Translations under genes and position numbers: made by a program
Shown here: positions 52,333 through 64,000 of the stretch, piece after piece
Layout: each line of letters starts with the position of its first letter
Numbering within the stretch: the stretch's first letter is position 1
Assembly: GCA_028534125.1 (NCBI GenBank)
Contig: CM052817.1
Coordinates: 49,230,001 to 49,294,000, forward strand
DNA length: 64,000 bases
Source: Lama glama
Lineage: Eukaryota
Direction of reading: 5' to 3'
Notes under the pieces: generated by a model
The model's input: only the letters and a program-made list of their open reading frames with translations
Database searches by the model: none
Told to the model about the DNA's origin: nothing

Positions 52333-55170
52333 TGTATCGGGTCTCTAGGGCTGCTGTATCGAATTACTTCAAATTTGATAGCTTACAACAGCAGAAATTT
52401 GTTTTTCCACAGTTCTGGAGGACAGAGGTCTGAAATCAAAGTGTTGTCAGGGTCCAGATCTCCTTGAGTGTTTGGGAAAGTGTTCATCCCATACCACTCT
52501 CTTGGCTTCTGGTGGCTGCTGACAATGCTTGTGTTCCTTGTCTGTAGCTCTCTCCAATCTCTGTGCCTGTCTTCATGTCACATTTCCTTTTGTGCTTTGC
52601 TCATCCTCCTCCATCTTCCTTCTCATAAGGATATCTGTCATTGGATTTAAAGCCAATCCTAAATTTAGTATGAATTTATCTTAGGATTCTGAACTAATTA
52701 CAGGCATACCTTGAAGATATTGTAGATTTGGTTCTGGACTACCACAACAAAGCAAACATCACAATAAAATGAGTCACAGAAACTTTTGGTTTCTCAGTGC
52801 ATATAAAATTACTCCATTTTAGTTTCTAAAGAGTGTAGAAGCATTCTGCCAAAAACCAATGGGCATCCACTAGTTTAAAAAATAATTTTTGCCCTGAAAT
52901 GCTAATCATCATACGAGCCTTCAGTGAGTCACAATTTTTGCTGGTGGAGAGTCTTGCCTCAATGTTTATAACTAGCAACCGATCAGAGTGGTGGTGCTTA
53001 AGACTAAGGGGGCTGTGGCCATTTCTTAAATGAGACAACATTGAAGTTTGCCACATCAATTGACTCTACCTTTCACGAATGATATCGCTATAGCATACAA
53101 TGCTGTTTGACACTATTTTATGCCCACAGGAACTTCTTTCAAAATTGGGGTCAGTCTTCTCAAACCCTGTTGTCACTTTGTCAACTAAGTTTATGTCATA
53201 CTCTAAATCCTATGTTTTTACTTAACTATCTTCACAGCATTTGTACCTGAAGTCGTTTCCATCTGAAGGAATCACTTTGCTCATCCATAAGAAGCAACTC
53301 CTCACCTGTTACTTCTATCATGAACTTGCAGCAACTTAGTCACATAGTCAGGCTCCACATCTGATTCTAGTTCTCCTGCTGTTCCTGCATCATTTGCAAT
53401 TTCTTTTTCCACTGAATTCTTGAACTCTTCAACGTCATCCTTGAGAGCAGGAATCACTTCATCCATACTCCTTTTAATGCTTCTATTTTGACCTCTTCCC
53501 ATGAAACATGAGTGATCTTAATGAAATCTAGAATGGTGAATCTTGTCCAGAAACGTTTCAGCTGACTTTGCCCATAACCATCACAGGAATCACAATCTAT
53601 GGCAGCTACAGCCATACAAAAGTATGCCTTAAATGGTAAGACTTGAAAGTTGAAATTACTTTTTTGGTCCCTGAGCTATGGAATGGGTATTGGGGTAGCA
53701 GACACGAAAACAACATTAACCTCATTAGACCTTTCCATTACAGCTCTTGAGTGACCACGTGCATTACCTAGGAGCAGTATATTTGAAATAAACTTTTTTT
53801 TTTTAATGAGCAACAGGTCTCAACAGTGGGCTGAAAATATTCAATAAACCATGTTGTAGGCAGATTTGATGTCATCTAGGTTTTGTTGTGCCATTTATAG
53901 AGCTCTGACAGAGTAGACTTAGCATAATTCTTAAGGCCTATAGGATTTGAGCCTTGAGAAATGAGCATTGGCTTCAATTTCAAGTCACCAACTGCATTAA
54001 CCCATAAAGGAGAGTAAGACTGTCCTCTGAACTTTTGAGCCAGACATTGATGTCTCCCTTTTAGCTAAGAAAATCCTCAATGGCATCTTCTTCCAACAGA
54101 GGGCTGTTCCACCTGCATTGAAAATCTGCTGTTGAACATAGACACCTTCATGAATTATCTTCGCTAAACCTTCTGGATAACTTGCTGCAGCTTCTCCATC
54201 AGCACTTTCTGCTTCATCTTGAACTTTCACGTTGTGAAGACAGCTTGATTCTTTAAACCCCATGAATCAACCACTGCTAGTCTCAAAATTTACTTCTGCA
54301 GCTTCCTCACCTCTCGCAGCCTACATAGAATTGAAAGGAGTTAAGGCCTCACTCTGGACTAGGCTCTGGCTTAATGGAATGTCATGGATGTTTCGACCTT
54401 CCATCTAGACCACAAAATACTTTCAATATATCAGCAATAAGTTCTTCATTTTCTTATCCTTCCTCTGTTCACTAAAGTAGCACTTTTAATTTCCTTCCAA
54501 AATTTCTCCTTTGCAAAAAAAATTCTTTCTTTGTTGCAATAAGCCTTGCTTTTGGCCTGTCTCAGCTTTCCACATGCCTTACTCACTAAGCTTCTTTATT
54601 TCTAGGTTTTGATTTAAAATGAGAGACTTGCAAACTCTTCCTTTCACCTGAAAACTTATAGGCCATTGATGGTTATAAATGGGACTGATTTCAATATTTT
54701 TGGTCTCAGGGAACAGGTTGCCCTGATGAAATGGAGAGAAACAGAGGAATAGCCCATGATGCAGCAGTGAGAACACATAATATTTAACAATTGTCAGCCA
54801 TCTAATATGACAGAGGTTTTGTGGTGCCCTCAAATAATTACAATAGTAATGCCAAACATTAATGATCCCAGATCACCATAACACATATAATAATAAAGAA
54901 AAAGCTTGAAATATCTCAAGAATTACCCAAATGTAACAGAGACACAAAGTGAGCAAATACTATTTGAAAAGTGGTGCTGATAGACTTCTTCTAGTCAGGT
55001 TCCACAAACTTTCAGTTTGTAAAACATGCGGTATCTGTGAAGCAGAATAAAGCAAAGCACAATAAAACAAGGTATGCGTGCACGTTGCAAAGTCTCTCCA
55101 TTTAAGGTCAAGGTCATAGGATCTGGGGTTAGCACGTAGACATATTTGGTGGTCCACTATTCAACCCCAC
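52333..55170 (-). mobile_element. MLT1-type MaLR LTR split by Tigger1 (52333-52700 and 55083-55170)
   Basis: ctagggctgctgta...cacagttctggagg...gtctgaaatcaaagtgttg; resumes ...ccactattcaaccc. Confidence 0.75.
52701..55080 (-). mobile_element. Near full-length Tigger1 DNA transposon (decayed)
   Basis: TIRs CAGGCATACC...GGTATGCGTG, TA target site, ~2.38 kb; transposase remnant HNVKVQDEAESADGEAAASYPEGLAKII...QQIFN on -. Confidence 0.9.
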
Positions 55171-56039
55171 CCACTCTTGGAACAGCTTCCTCTCACCACC
55201 CTCCTGACCCCAGCCAAAACAGGAACAGAAAATCACATCATGTTTCTGGGGATGGTGGAAATGAAAGATCTTAAATATTTCAAGGATGCAGAATGATTAA
55301 CTCCAATATATCTGGCCACTGCAAAACCAACATTTTCTTCAAATTGATAGTATACTTGTGCTAACTCATCCAAGACAACACTCCAATCTCATCCTCTGTG
55401 CCAGATGTGGTATCTCTGCTAGAGAAGATCAGGCATCTTCAGTACAGAGTGAGGCCACTGCTTAGATGGGCGTGTTCTCCACCATCCCTACCAGAAAAGA
55501 TGTTTAGAAATGGTTGTTGTTCACTTGGTACAAACAGCACATATTTCCTCTTTGACATCAGGACTGTACTATAAACGCTTTTTTTTCCATAAACTATTAC
55601 CCACAAGATATAAATTACCTGGATATCCTTCAGAAAATTGTACTGACTGACTGTATTGATGACATTTTGCAAATTAGACAGGATAAGCTAGTGTCTAATA
55701 TATTGGAAACCTAAATATGACACACATGCTGTACAAAGTGTAAGATAACCCTATGAATATTCAAGTGTGATCTCAATAAAATTAATTGAGGTCTAATGGT
55801 CAGGTGTATTTGAGGTCATTACTTCAAAAGGAGAATAGATTTTTGCATTTTGCCTTTTTTTTTTTAACAAGGGAAAAAGAAACAGTGATTTTTAAGTCTT
55901 TCAAGAATTGGGGGAAGAATATATATATTCCATTATGGGACAAATATGCTACGTAACTCAAAACACTGCCAGCTTTGAGTGGGACCCGACAAGGAAAGAA
56001 CTCCACAGGAGGCCCACGCTGTGATGGGTTATAATATTA

Positions 56040-57030
56040 TGGAGATCTTTTAGTATTCTTCTACATTTCTTCACTTCACACTTTTCAATTTTTTTTTTTC
56101 TCTCCTCTGACTGGAAAACTTCAAATGACCTGTCTTTGTGTTCACACATTCTTTACTCTGCTTGATTGAGTCTATTTCTGAGGCCCTGTATTCATTTTTC
56201 ATTTCATTCAGCAGATTCCTTAGCTCCAGGATTTATGGTTCCTTTGTTCCCTTTTTCTTCTTCTTGTTGTTCTTAATTAAGCTAACCATCTTTTTTTATT
56301 ATTTTTCCCACTTTATCTTTAATATTCCTTGATTTCTGTGTTCAATCTCCTATTTTGATCAGGTCAGTAGTGATGTCTTGTTGTCATTGAACTGCATTTC
56401 CTTGCCTCTGTTTTCCCATAGCTTCCTCAGCTTCCTAAAACATTATTTAAAATTCTTTTCAGGCAACTTATACATCTGTATTTCTTTGTAGCTGTTTGCT
56501 GGAAAATCCTTGCGCTCCCTTGGTGGTGTTGTACTTCCTTGATTTCTCATGTTCTTCATAGGCTTGTGTTGGAATTTGCATGTAAGTAATCAGCCACCAA
56601 GTCCAGTCTTTACTGACTGGCTTTGAGACACAAATACTTCCACCCATCAGTCTGACTAGACATTCTGAGACTTCCTCAGGTGTTTCTGTGGATACACCTG
56701 CTCCACGTTTCTTCTTCTCACTTGAGAAGAAGAAATCCTCCAGGAATATCCTCAGATTAAGTGCCTTCTTTTGAGTCCACATTGCCGATCTGAGTGTTGG
56801 GGTCCCCCCATTGCTTTCCCTAGAGCAGAGCCTGAAGTGCTCATGCTTGTGAGCCTTCTCCTGATCCCAAAGACTTTTTACTCTAGTTTTGTGCACGACT
56901 TGAGGAAATGTTCCAGCTTCATCAATTTACATGCAGCTGCCCAGATTTCTCAACACCACGTTTAAAAGTGTTTGTCTTTTTTCCAGTGTATATTCTTGCC
57001 ACCTTTGTTGTAGTTTAATTCACTGTAGGG
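56040..57030 (-). mobile_element. Old L1 fragments (ORF1/5' region and short ORF2 piece)
   Basis: tcaaatgacctgtcttt...ttagctccaggattt; cagatttctcaacaccacgttt. Confidence 0.6.
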
Positions 57031-57133
57031 GTGCTGCTCTTTAAAAAGTTTTGAAACTCTCATTCTGAGCATTTTTTTCCTAACTCAGTGTATTGACTTC
57101 TCAGCCTTTTTTTTTTTTTCCATCAAAGTAGTT

Positions 57134-57282
57134 TCATTTCTTTTTAATCCGTAATACAAAGTAAACACTTCAAAGTTCAGCCCAACCTAGTATAAACTGG
57201 TTGGGCGGGACAAGGAAATGTCTTTGTACTGTGAGTCATGCACTTGGTTTAAGCTCTGATCTCCTTTCAGCGAGAGTTAATC
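57134..57282 (+). promoter_or_regulatory. Proximal promoter of UGT2C1-like copy B
   Basis: Forkhead-like GTAAACA 57161-57167, CAAAGTTCA 57171-57179, GGGCGG, TGAGTCA 57232-57238; paralogous to 31825-31972. Confidence 0.55.
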
Positions 57283-58003
57283 ATGAAGACTGTGAAAGGC
57301 TTCTGTGTCCTTTTCATGCTGCATCTGGGTTTCTTTGACTCTGGAAGGGCTGGGAAAGTACTTGTATGGCCCATGGATTTCAGTCATTGGATTAATTTAA
57401 ATGTGATTCTGGAAGAACTCCACCGTCGTGGGCACGAGATAACTGTTCTGGTACCTTCACCAAGTCTCCTGCTTGATCATACCAAGATTCCCTTTAATGT
57501 GGAGATCCTCCAACTTCCGGTAACTAAAGAAACTCTCAGGGAAGAACTCGATACAGTTCTCTATTCAGCTTCTTTTGAACTGTCAAATCTCTCCTGGTGG
57601 GAAATGAATATAAAACTGATAAAAATAGGCCAAAATTTTTTTAGAACAATCAAAAGAGTATGTGACAGTGCTATCACAAATAAGGATTTACTCAGCAGAC
57701 TACAGGCAGCTAAGTTTGATATCTGCTTGGCTGACCCTTTAAGCTTTTGTGGGGAGTTAGTGGCTGAGCTCCTCAATATTCCATTTATATACTCTTTCCG
57801 GTTTTCCTACGGGAATGTCATTGAGAGATGGTGTGCTGGGCTTCCGATGCCTTCTTCCTACGTTCCTGGAAGTACATCAAGACTGACAGACAACATGACT
57901 TTTGTACAGAGGCTGGAGAATTGGTTATTGTATACATTAATTGATATGCTGTATTCTTACTATATATTTCCAGAATGGGATGCGTATTACAGCAAGGTTT
58001 TAG
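57283..58003 (+). CDS. UGT2C1: UGT2C1-like copy B exon 1 (gene 3'-partial)
   Basis: 721 nt, TTAG|gtaaga donor; about 80% aa identical to copy A exon 1; His35 and Asp151 intact; downstream intron is paralogous to copy A intron 1 up to the window end. Confidence 0.88.
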
Positions 58004-58835
58004 GTAAGAGAAGTTTGCATGTAATAACGATTCTTATTTCATATATTAAATGTAAATATTTGTCTGACTGTATGAAAACTTACAAAAGGGATTTTAGGGA
58101 GGACCCTAGTTCTTGTACCTCAACTATTTTGAGTCGAAAAAATACTAATCTTTTCTTATTGTATTTTTTTTCATGATTGAGTACTGACACCATATCAGAG
58201 AAGACAATATTCTCTATATTCCTAGGTCTTGTTGAATGCTACTAAGATTTTTGGAGTATTTGGAAAAATCAAATATGACATTGTCTTTTATTTCTATAAC
58301 TTCAGTCTACTCTCTTGTTTACTTTTATACACCTTGGTTCCTTTCTGATTAACTTGCTCTTTCTCAGACTTTCTGTTTGCCTCCTATCAAGGCTTGGTTG
58401 ATTGGTTTCCAGACTTGGCATCTGGTAAGCATGAAAGTAGAAAATAAATGAATGCAGCTTGGTTTCATATGTTCTTGCCTTTGAAAGGGCAAGAAAAGGA
58501 AGATTTTTCTCAAAAGGACCATGGTTCTAGATTTTTAACTTACCTCATTGTTTTCTTGTTGTTGTTCTATGTAAAATTGCATTAGAGTTCAACTAGAGAG
58601 CTTTGACCCTGAGCAAAAAATTTTTTTTTCTATTTTAGCAACTCTATTTACTCTTCTTTTTCCCTTTTGCATAATTGATTTTTTTAATTATAAAATTTTT
58701 ATATAATTTTGTTGAGGAATTTTTGCCTAAGAGGCTAGTTATCTCTGAGGAAGCATTACCCTGCTTCCCTGCTTACATTATTTAGTTAGATTTTTTTAAA
58801 TATACTTAGCTATATAACACTGTATTACCTTCAGA

Positions 58836-59314
58836 TATTGACAAAAAGTTATTCAATAGTCATCCTACAAAATAAATGAAAAATTTTATTGGCGTCAACA
58901 TGAGGATTATAATCCTGGAGAGAGTCTGTCAAGAAGCTGTAAGGAATCTTCTGCCCATTAGAACCACAGCACAGTTATATAAGTTTTTGAGACAACAGAT
59001 TATACAACAAAAGGTTTTATACATCAAAGCAATATTGACAGTTTACAAGTCCATAAAGGCATGTAGTGGGTCACTATAACCCCTAAGGGATTAAGGGAGT
59101 AATATTATCTTTAAAGGTATAACTTGCTAGCATCAGTACAAAATTGCTTTTTTTGGTGAGTATGTTTTCCTGTGTCTTCCAAGGGGATCTAGTTAATGTA
59201 CAATGCAGATGCACAGTGCACAGTAAAAGGGGACAACAGGGAAGTAACTCAAATGGCAGAGAAATTTTTTGTAAACGTTTTCTTCTCCTGCCTTAAAATC
59301 ATTTTGTTTCAACA
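58836..59314 (-). mobile_element. Solo ERV1-class LTR nested in L1
   Basis: tattga...tcaaca termini, TSD caga/cagg; the L1 text ttaccttcag|gtatacaac is rejoined if it is removed. Confidence 0.65.
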
Positions 59315-60757
59315 CAGGTATACAACATAATGATTTTTTTTTGGTATGTATTGTGAAATAATCACCACAATAACACTAGATAACATACATCACCACACAG
59401 AGTTACAAAATTTTTTATCTTGAGATAGAACTTTTAAGATCTACTGTGTTAGTACCTGTCAAATACACAGTGCAGTGTGATTAACTATAGTCACCATGCT
59501 GGATATTACATCTCCTGCATTACTTACTTTAGAACGGGAAATCTGTACAATTTCTCCACCCGCACCTACACGTTGTGCCCAGCTTCCAACCCCAAAATCC
59601 GGCGATCAGTTATTGGTTCTCTGTTTCTATGAGTTCATTTTCTTTTTCGATTTGTTTTCTTTTCAGATTCTATGTATAGGTGATACCTTTTTCTTTCTGA
59701 CTTACTTCACTTAACATAATTTCCCCAATCTCTGTCCATATTGAGACATCTCATTGTATAATAACCATATTTTCTTTATTCACTTACCTATACATAAACA
59801 CTGAAGTTGTTTCCAGTTTGGGCTATTGTAAATAATGCTGCAGTGAACATGCGGACGCAGGGATATCCTTTCCTTCAGATACATACCTAGAAGTGGAATT
59901 GCTGGATCATATGGTACTTTTATTTCCATATTGTTTTCCATAGTCCTGCACCATTTACCTTCCCATTAACAGTGCACACGGCTCCTTTTTCTCCACATCC
60001 TCACTACCATCTGTTGTCTCTCAGTTTTTTGTTTTCTTGATAATAGCCATTCTAACAGGTGAGAGGTGACACCTCATTTTGATTTCAATTTGCATTTCCT
60101 TGATGACTAGTAATGTTGAGCACCTTTTCATGTACTTGTTGCCATTTGAATATTTTCTTTGGAAAAATGTCCATTCAGGTCCTTTGATAATTTTTCTTAT
60201 TGAATTGCTTGGTTTTGTACTATTAAATTAGGTGAGTTCCTTATGTATTTTAGGCGGCAACATCTAGTCAGACATAGGGTTTGCAAATATGTTCTCCCAC
60301 TTCATAGGTTTCCTTCTCATTATGTTGATCATTTCTTTTGCTGTGCAGAAGCGTTTTAGTTTCAAGTAGTCCCATTTGTTCATTTTGAACTTTGTTGTTT
60401 ATGCATTAAGTTTCATACTTTTAAAAATCTCTGTCAAGGCCCATGTCAAGAAATATTTCCCCTGTGTTTTCTGCTAGGAATTTCATGGTTGTACATCTTA
60501 CATTTAAGTCTTTCATTCATTTAAGAGTACTTTTATAGTGGAGTAAGATCAAGGTCTAGTTTCATTCTTTTGCATGTAAATATCTAATTTTTTCAGCAAG
60601 AATCTTTTAAAAAAGTCTTCCTTCATGGAATATTTTTTGGCCTTCTTGTGAATATTAGTTGGCCAAATACATGTAGGTTTATTTCTGAGCACTTGATTCT
60701 GTTCTGCTGTTCCGTGTGTCTGTTTCCATGCCTGTCCCATATGGTTTGGATTAGTAT

Positions 60758-60882
60758 AGCTCCGAGGTATAGTTCAGTGGTAGAGTGCATGCTTAGCATG
60801 CACGAGGTCCCACTTCAATCCCAGTACCTCTGGTAAATAAATAAATAAACGTAATAATCCCCCCCACACTGCAAAAAAGACC
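60758..60882 (+). mobile_element. tRNA-derived camelid-type SINE (Vic-1-like) nested in L1
   Basis: ggtatagttcagtggtagagtgcatgcttagcatgcacgaggtcc...ccagtacctc...(aaat)n; TSD ggattagta. Confidence 0.8.
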
Positions 60883-63800
60883 GGGATTAGTAGACTTTAT
60901 AATACTGCTTGAAATCAGTAAGTGTGATGCCTCCAGATTTCTTCTTCTGTCTCAGGATGACTGGATATTTGAGGTCTTTTGCAGTTACATATGAAATTTT
61001 CAATTATTTTCCTTCTTACTAATTTTAACACCATATATCTCTAATAATCTATCATTCCTAAAAGTTGTGTTTATTCCTAAAATTTTTTAAATTTGTTTGT
61101 ACTTGTGAACTATTGTTATATATAGCCATTTCCCTTTTTGTTTTTTGAAATATGTTCTAAATTCCCTATGCAACATTATTTTTTCAACAACTCACAAGCA
61201 CTATGAGTGCTTCTAAAGAACTATGCTGCCCAGGAATATGCCTTATGTTCAGAATGGCATGTGTCATAATCAAAGTGGATAAATTGCGTTGAGACATTTT
61301 CTGGGCATTCTGTGAGAGAAGAACATGCTTATTTCTCTAGACTTGACCCTAAAGAAAATGTGCACAGAAGCTGCTGTACCCATCAGTCACCAGTCACTCA
61401 TGTTCAGAGTCCAAGATGCAAAAGGCAAAACTGAGAATAGATAATTTGAAATCTCATCTTGGTGACATCGTCTGAGTCATAGATCAAACAGTGACTGATC
61501 TACAGCTGAATCAAGGTTATTTGTTTATTTCTGATTCCAGCAGTTTGGTACTCAGTGGTGGAACCTTTTTCATAGGGAAGCATTACTGGTAGGAAATAGT
61601 GATCATAGTCTTTGATTCTTTCCTAGCTGTTTTTACCGAAGAATGTTTGCAGGGGAGCAGTGTAACAATCTGAGAAAGAAGAATAAAGAATTTGTAAATA
61701 GAAAAAAAATTTCTTTACTCTCGTCATACATTTAAAAATGCTGTAAGGTACAGATTGTTATTTGACTATTCAGAATTTAGGATTTTTATTATAAAATCTA
61801 TTTAAAGTGTGCTTCAAATTCTAAATATATAACTCATAAGTTACACAATTATTAATTGAACCAGTGATAGATATGTTGAAATAATTCAGGAGGAAACCAG
61901 TAACAGCATCTGTTTCAAAAAGTTTTTTGAGGAACTCTTTACAATCATTTTGAGGGGAAAAGGAATATTAGGGTAATAGTACTAGGTTAGACTCCAAAAC
62001 GGTCAAAACCCTATAGTGCAATAAAGACATATTTTGGGAGATGCTCATTTCGACCAGGCAGAATTATACAACTTCACATTCAACTTCAAAGTATGTGAAC
62101 GCAAAAATCCGCAGTAAATCGATAATAAATGACAAAGTCATACATATGTATAATGTTCTAAATATGTAAGAAATCTTCAAATCATTCATTCCTCAAGAAA
62201 TGCCCCAGTATAACATCAAATGTGGCACATGCCTTAGAAAATTTGGGAAATGCCTTTCCAAGTTTCGGATATTGTCTCACAATCTCTTCATGCAGATCAA
62301 GCATTATTTTTTACCTCTCATACTATATTGTCTTCATTTCAATCCATTAAACATAACAGATTACTAACCTAGGAGTGCAGACTTAAGGAAAAATGGTATT
62401 TATATGAAAAAAGTGAAGCAACCATGTTTTCCTCAAATTCTACTCCTAGATTTATAACCAAGGAAAATAAGCACGTGTCCACATAAAACATATGCATGAT
62501 TGCTCGTAGAGCATTATCCACAAGAGCCAATATGGAAACAATCCAAATGGTCATCAATGATGAGTGGATAAACAAAATGTAGTACAGCCAAACAAAGTAT
62601 TACTCAGCAATAAAAAGTAAGGAAGTACTGATACACACTACCACAGGGATGAACCTTGAAAACACTATGCTAAGGGAAAGAAGGCAGCACAAAAGACCAC
62701 GTAGTGCATACTTTCATTTACATTGAATGAAATGAGATTATTTGGAATAGTCAAATAAAGAAAGAAGTAGGTCAGTAGTTGTCAAGGGCTGGGAAAAGGG
62801 AAAAATGGAGAATGACTACCAATGGATACGGGCTCTCTTTCAGGAGTAATAACAATTTGTAAAATATAGTAGTGGAGATGGTTTCACAACTTTATGAATA
62901 TACTAAAAACTACTCAGTTGTGTATTTAAAAGGAAGAATTATACAATGTGTAAATTCTATCTCAAAAAGATGGTGTGAGAGTGAAGCATCACACAATGGG
63001 AATAAGATTATACCCAAGGCTGACACCAATAAGCCAATGAAATGGGATATGCACTGAGTATGAAACTGGACTTTGAATACCGCTGTCATTATCAGAATCA
63101 AATGCTTAAATTACTGAGATTCGCTTGTGATCTCTTACACAGATAGATTGTCCTGGTCAGTTCAAAATCCCTCACATTTGATAATCAGAACTCAAGCACA
63201 CTCAGAACATCAAGGAGAATATTCAAAAAGCCATGTGATGGGACAACATAAAGCTACAGAGTCTTCACATTAGTGATACTGAGTATGTATTTCAAAAGGA
63301 CGCCAAAACCCTGGATAAGCTTCCTTAAACCACAGTAATTGAACAGAATTCAGAAATGAAGCTCGGACTCCAAACAAAGGGAAGTGATTTACTTCTCAGT
63401 CACTACTTTCAGTTCTTAAGCTGTTAATAGTCACTACGTTACCATTCAGTTGAAAGAGACCCTTTTTTACTGTTAGTCGGCTAAATGTGTCAAAATACTA
63501 AATATTTCACCACCAGCTTAATACACACTGCTATATCTTCCCCAAAGAGGAGAAAAGGCTTGTCCAACAGGAACTTCCATTTTGTGTGGCAATGAGAAAA
63601 CTGTATTAAAAAATTTCCCTTTAATAATTCATTCCCGATATGATGTAATTAATTGTGACAGCACACTGGAAAACACTAGGGGAAAAGATGGATTCAGTAA
63701 AAAGTTGTTTTTGTTAAGAAACTAGAGGTTCTTGGAGCAACAAGGATGCAATAAATTGGAGAAGAGGGTCCTCAAGAAGAGGAGGAGACCCGACCATAGA

Positions 63801-64000
63801 AGTTTGAGGATCACTGCCTGAGTTTCTTGTTCCTGGCTCGGAGCAGGTGTCCTTGCTGAGCGCGGAGTGGGGCTCAGGCTTAGCTCAGGCAGAAGACTCT
63901 GCTGGCAGAGATGAAGCGGCAGGCTTTTGGCTTTGTTTCATGCTTAAATTGGTCTTTGGTTATTGATAATCTCACTATTTGTACTCTTGGGGAAAAGGTC

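Larger units (their letters stand above)
50640..56030 (+). mobile_element. Degraded ERVL internal region (gag-like 50640-52332, pol-like 55170-56030), interrupted by MLT1 and Tigger1
   Basis: Recognised by eye, no intact ORF; boundaries approximate. Confidence 0.55.
58790..61005 (-). mobile_element. L1 3' ~1.6 kb with nested LTR and SINE in copy B intron 1
   Basis: Antisense L1 3'UTR/ORF2 text (tagccattctaacaggtg; gaaatcagtaagtgtgatgcctccag). Confidence 0.85.
57134..64000 (+). repeat. Tandem segmental duplicate of 31825-36123
   Basis: Collinear promoter, exon 1 and intron 1; position 64000 corresponds to 36123. Confidence 0.95.

Noticed and set aside
53302..54833. Domesticated TIGD-like transposase gene
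   Set aside because: Fragmented by stops and frameshifts with TIRs retained, so an ordinary decayed Tigger1
57283..58003. Alternative first exon sharing copy A exons 2-6 (UGT1A/UGT2A-style cassette)
   Set aside because: It lies downstream of copy A exon 6, and its intron parallels copy A intron 1 to within ~130 bp of exon 2, which indicates a separate gene
60758..60830. tRNA gene (also 49224-49300)
   Set aside because: AT-rich tail, TSD and degenerate arms indicate a SINE

Overview
Mammalian genomic DNA from the UDP-glucuronosyltransferase 2 (UGT2) cluster. It is AT-rich, CpG-depleted and repeat-dense. The short tRNA-derived SINEs and L1 3'UTRs look camelid (alpaca/camel), which is an inference. 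On the + strand the window holds three loci. (1) Shared exons 2-6 of UGT2A1/UGT2A2 (1975-11336; exon 1 is upstream of the window). (2) A complete six-exon UGT2C1-like gene, join(31973..32693,36252..36400,38148..38279,43320..43407,44754..44973,48144..48423), 1590 nt / 529 aa. (3) Exon 1 and nearly all of intron 1 of a tandem paralog (57283-58003; exon 2 is predicted about 130 bp past the window end). An orphan UGT2 exon-2 pseudoexon with two stop codons lies on the - strand at 28362-28510. The main signals are a mosaic of near-identical and divergent tracts between the two UGT2C-like paralogs, with divergence in the substrate-binding region; apparent exon-6 gene conversion between UGT2A and UGT2C; a 5'-inverted L1 abutting the UGT2C core promoter; and a candidate AhR+NRF2 element at ~22.2 kb. 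I found no prokaryotic-type systems. Repeat family names and identity values come from manual reading and counting, not searches.
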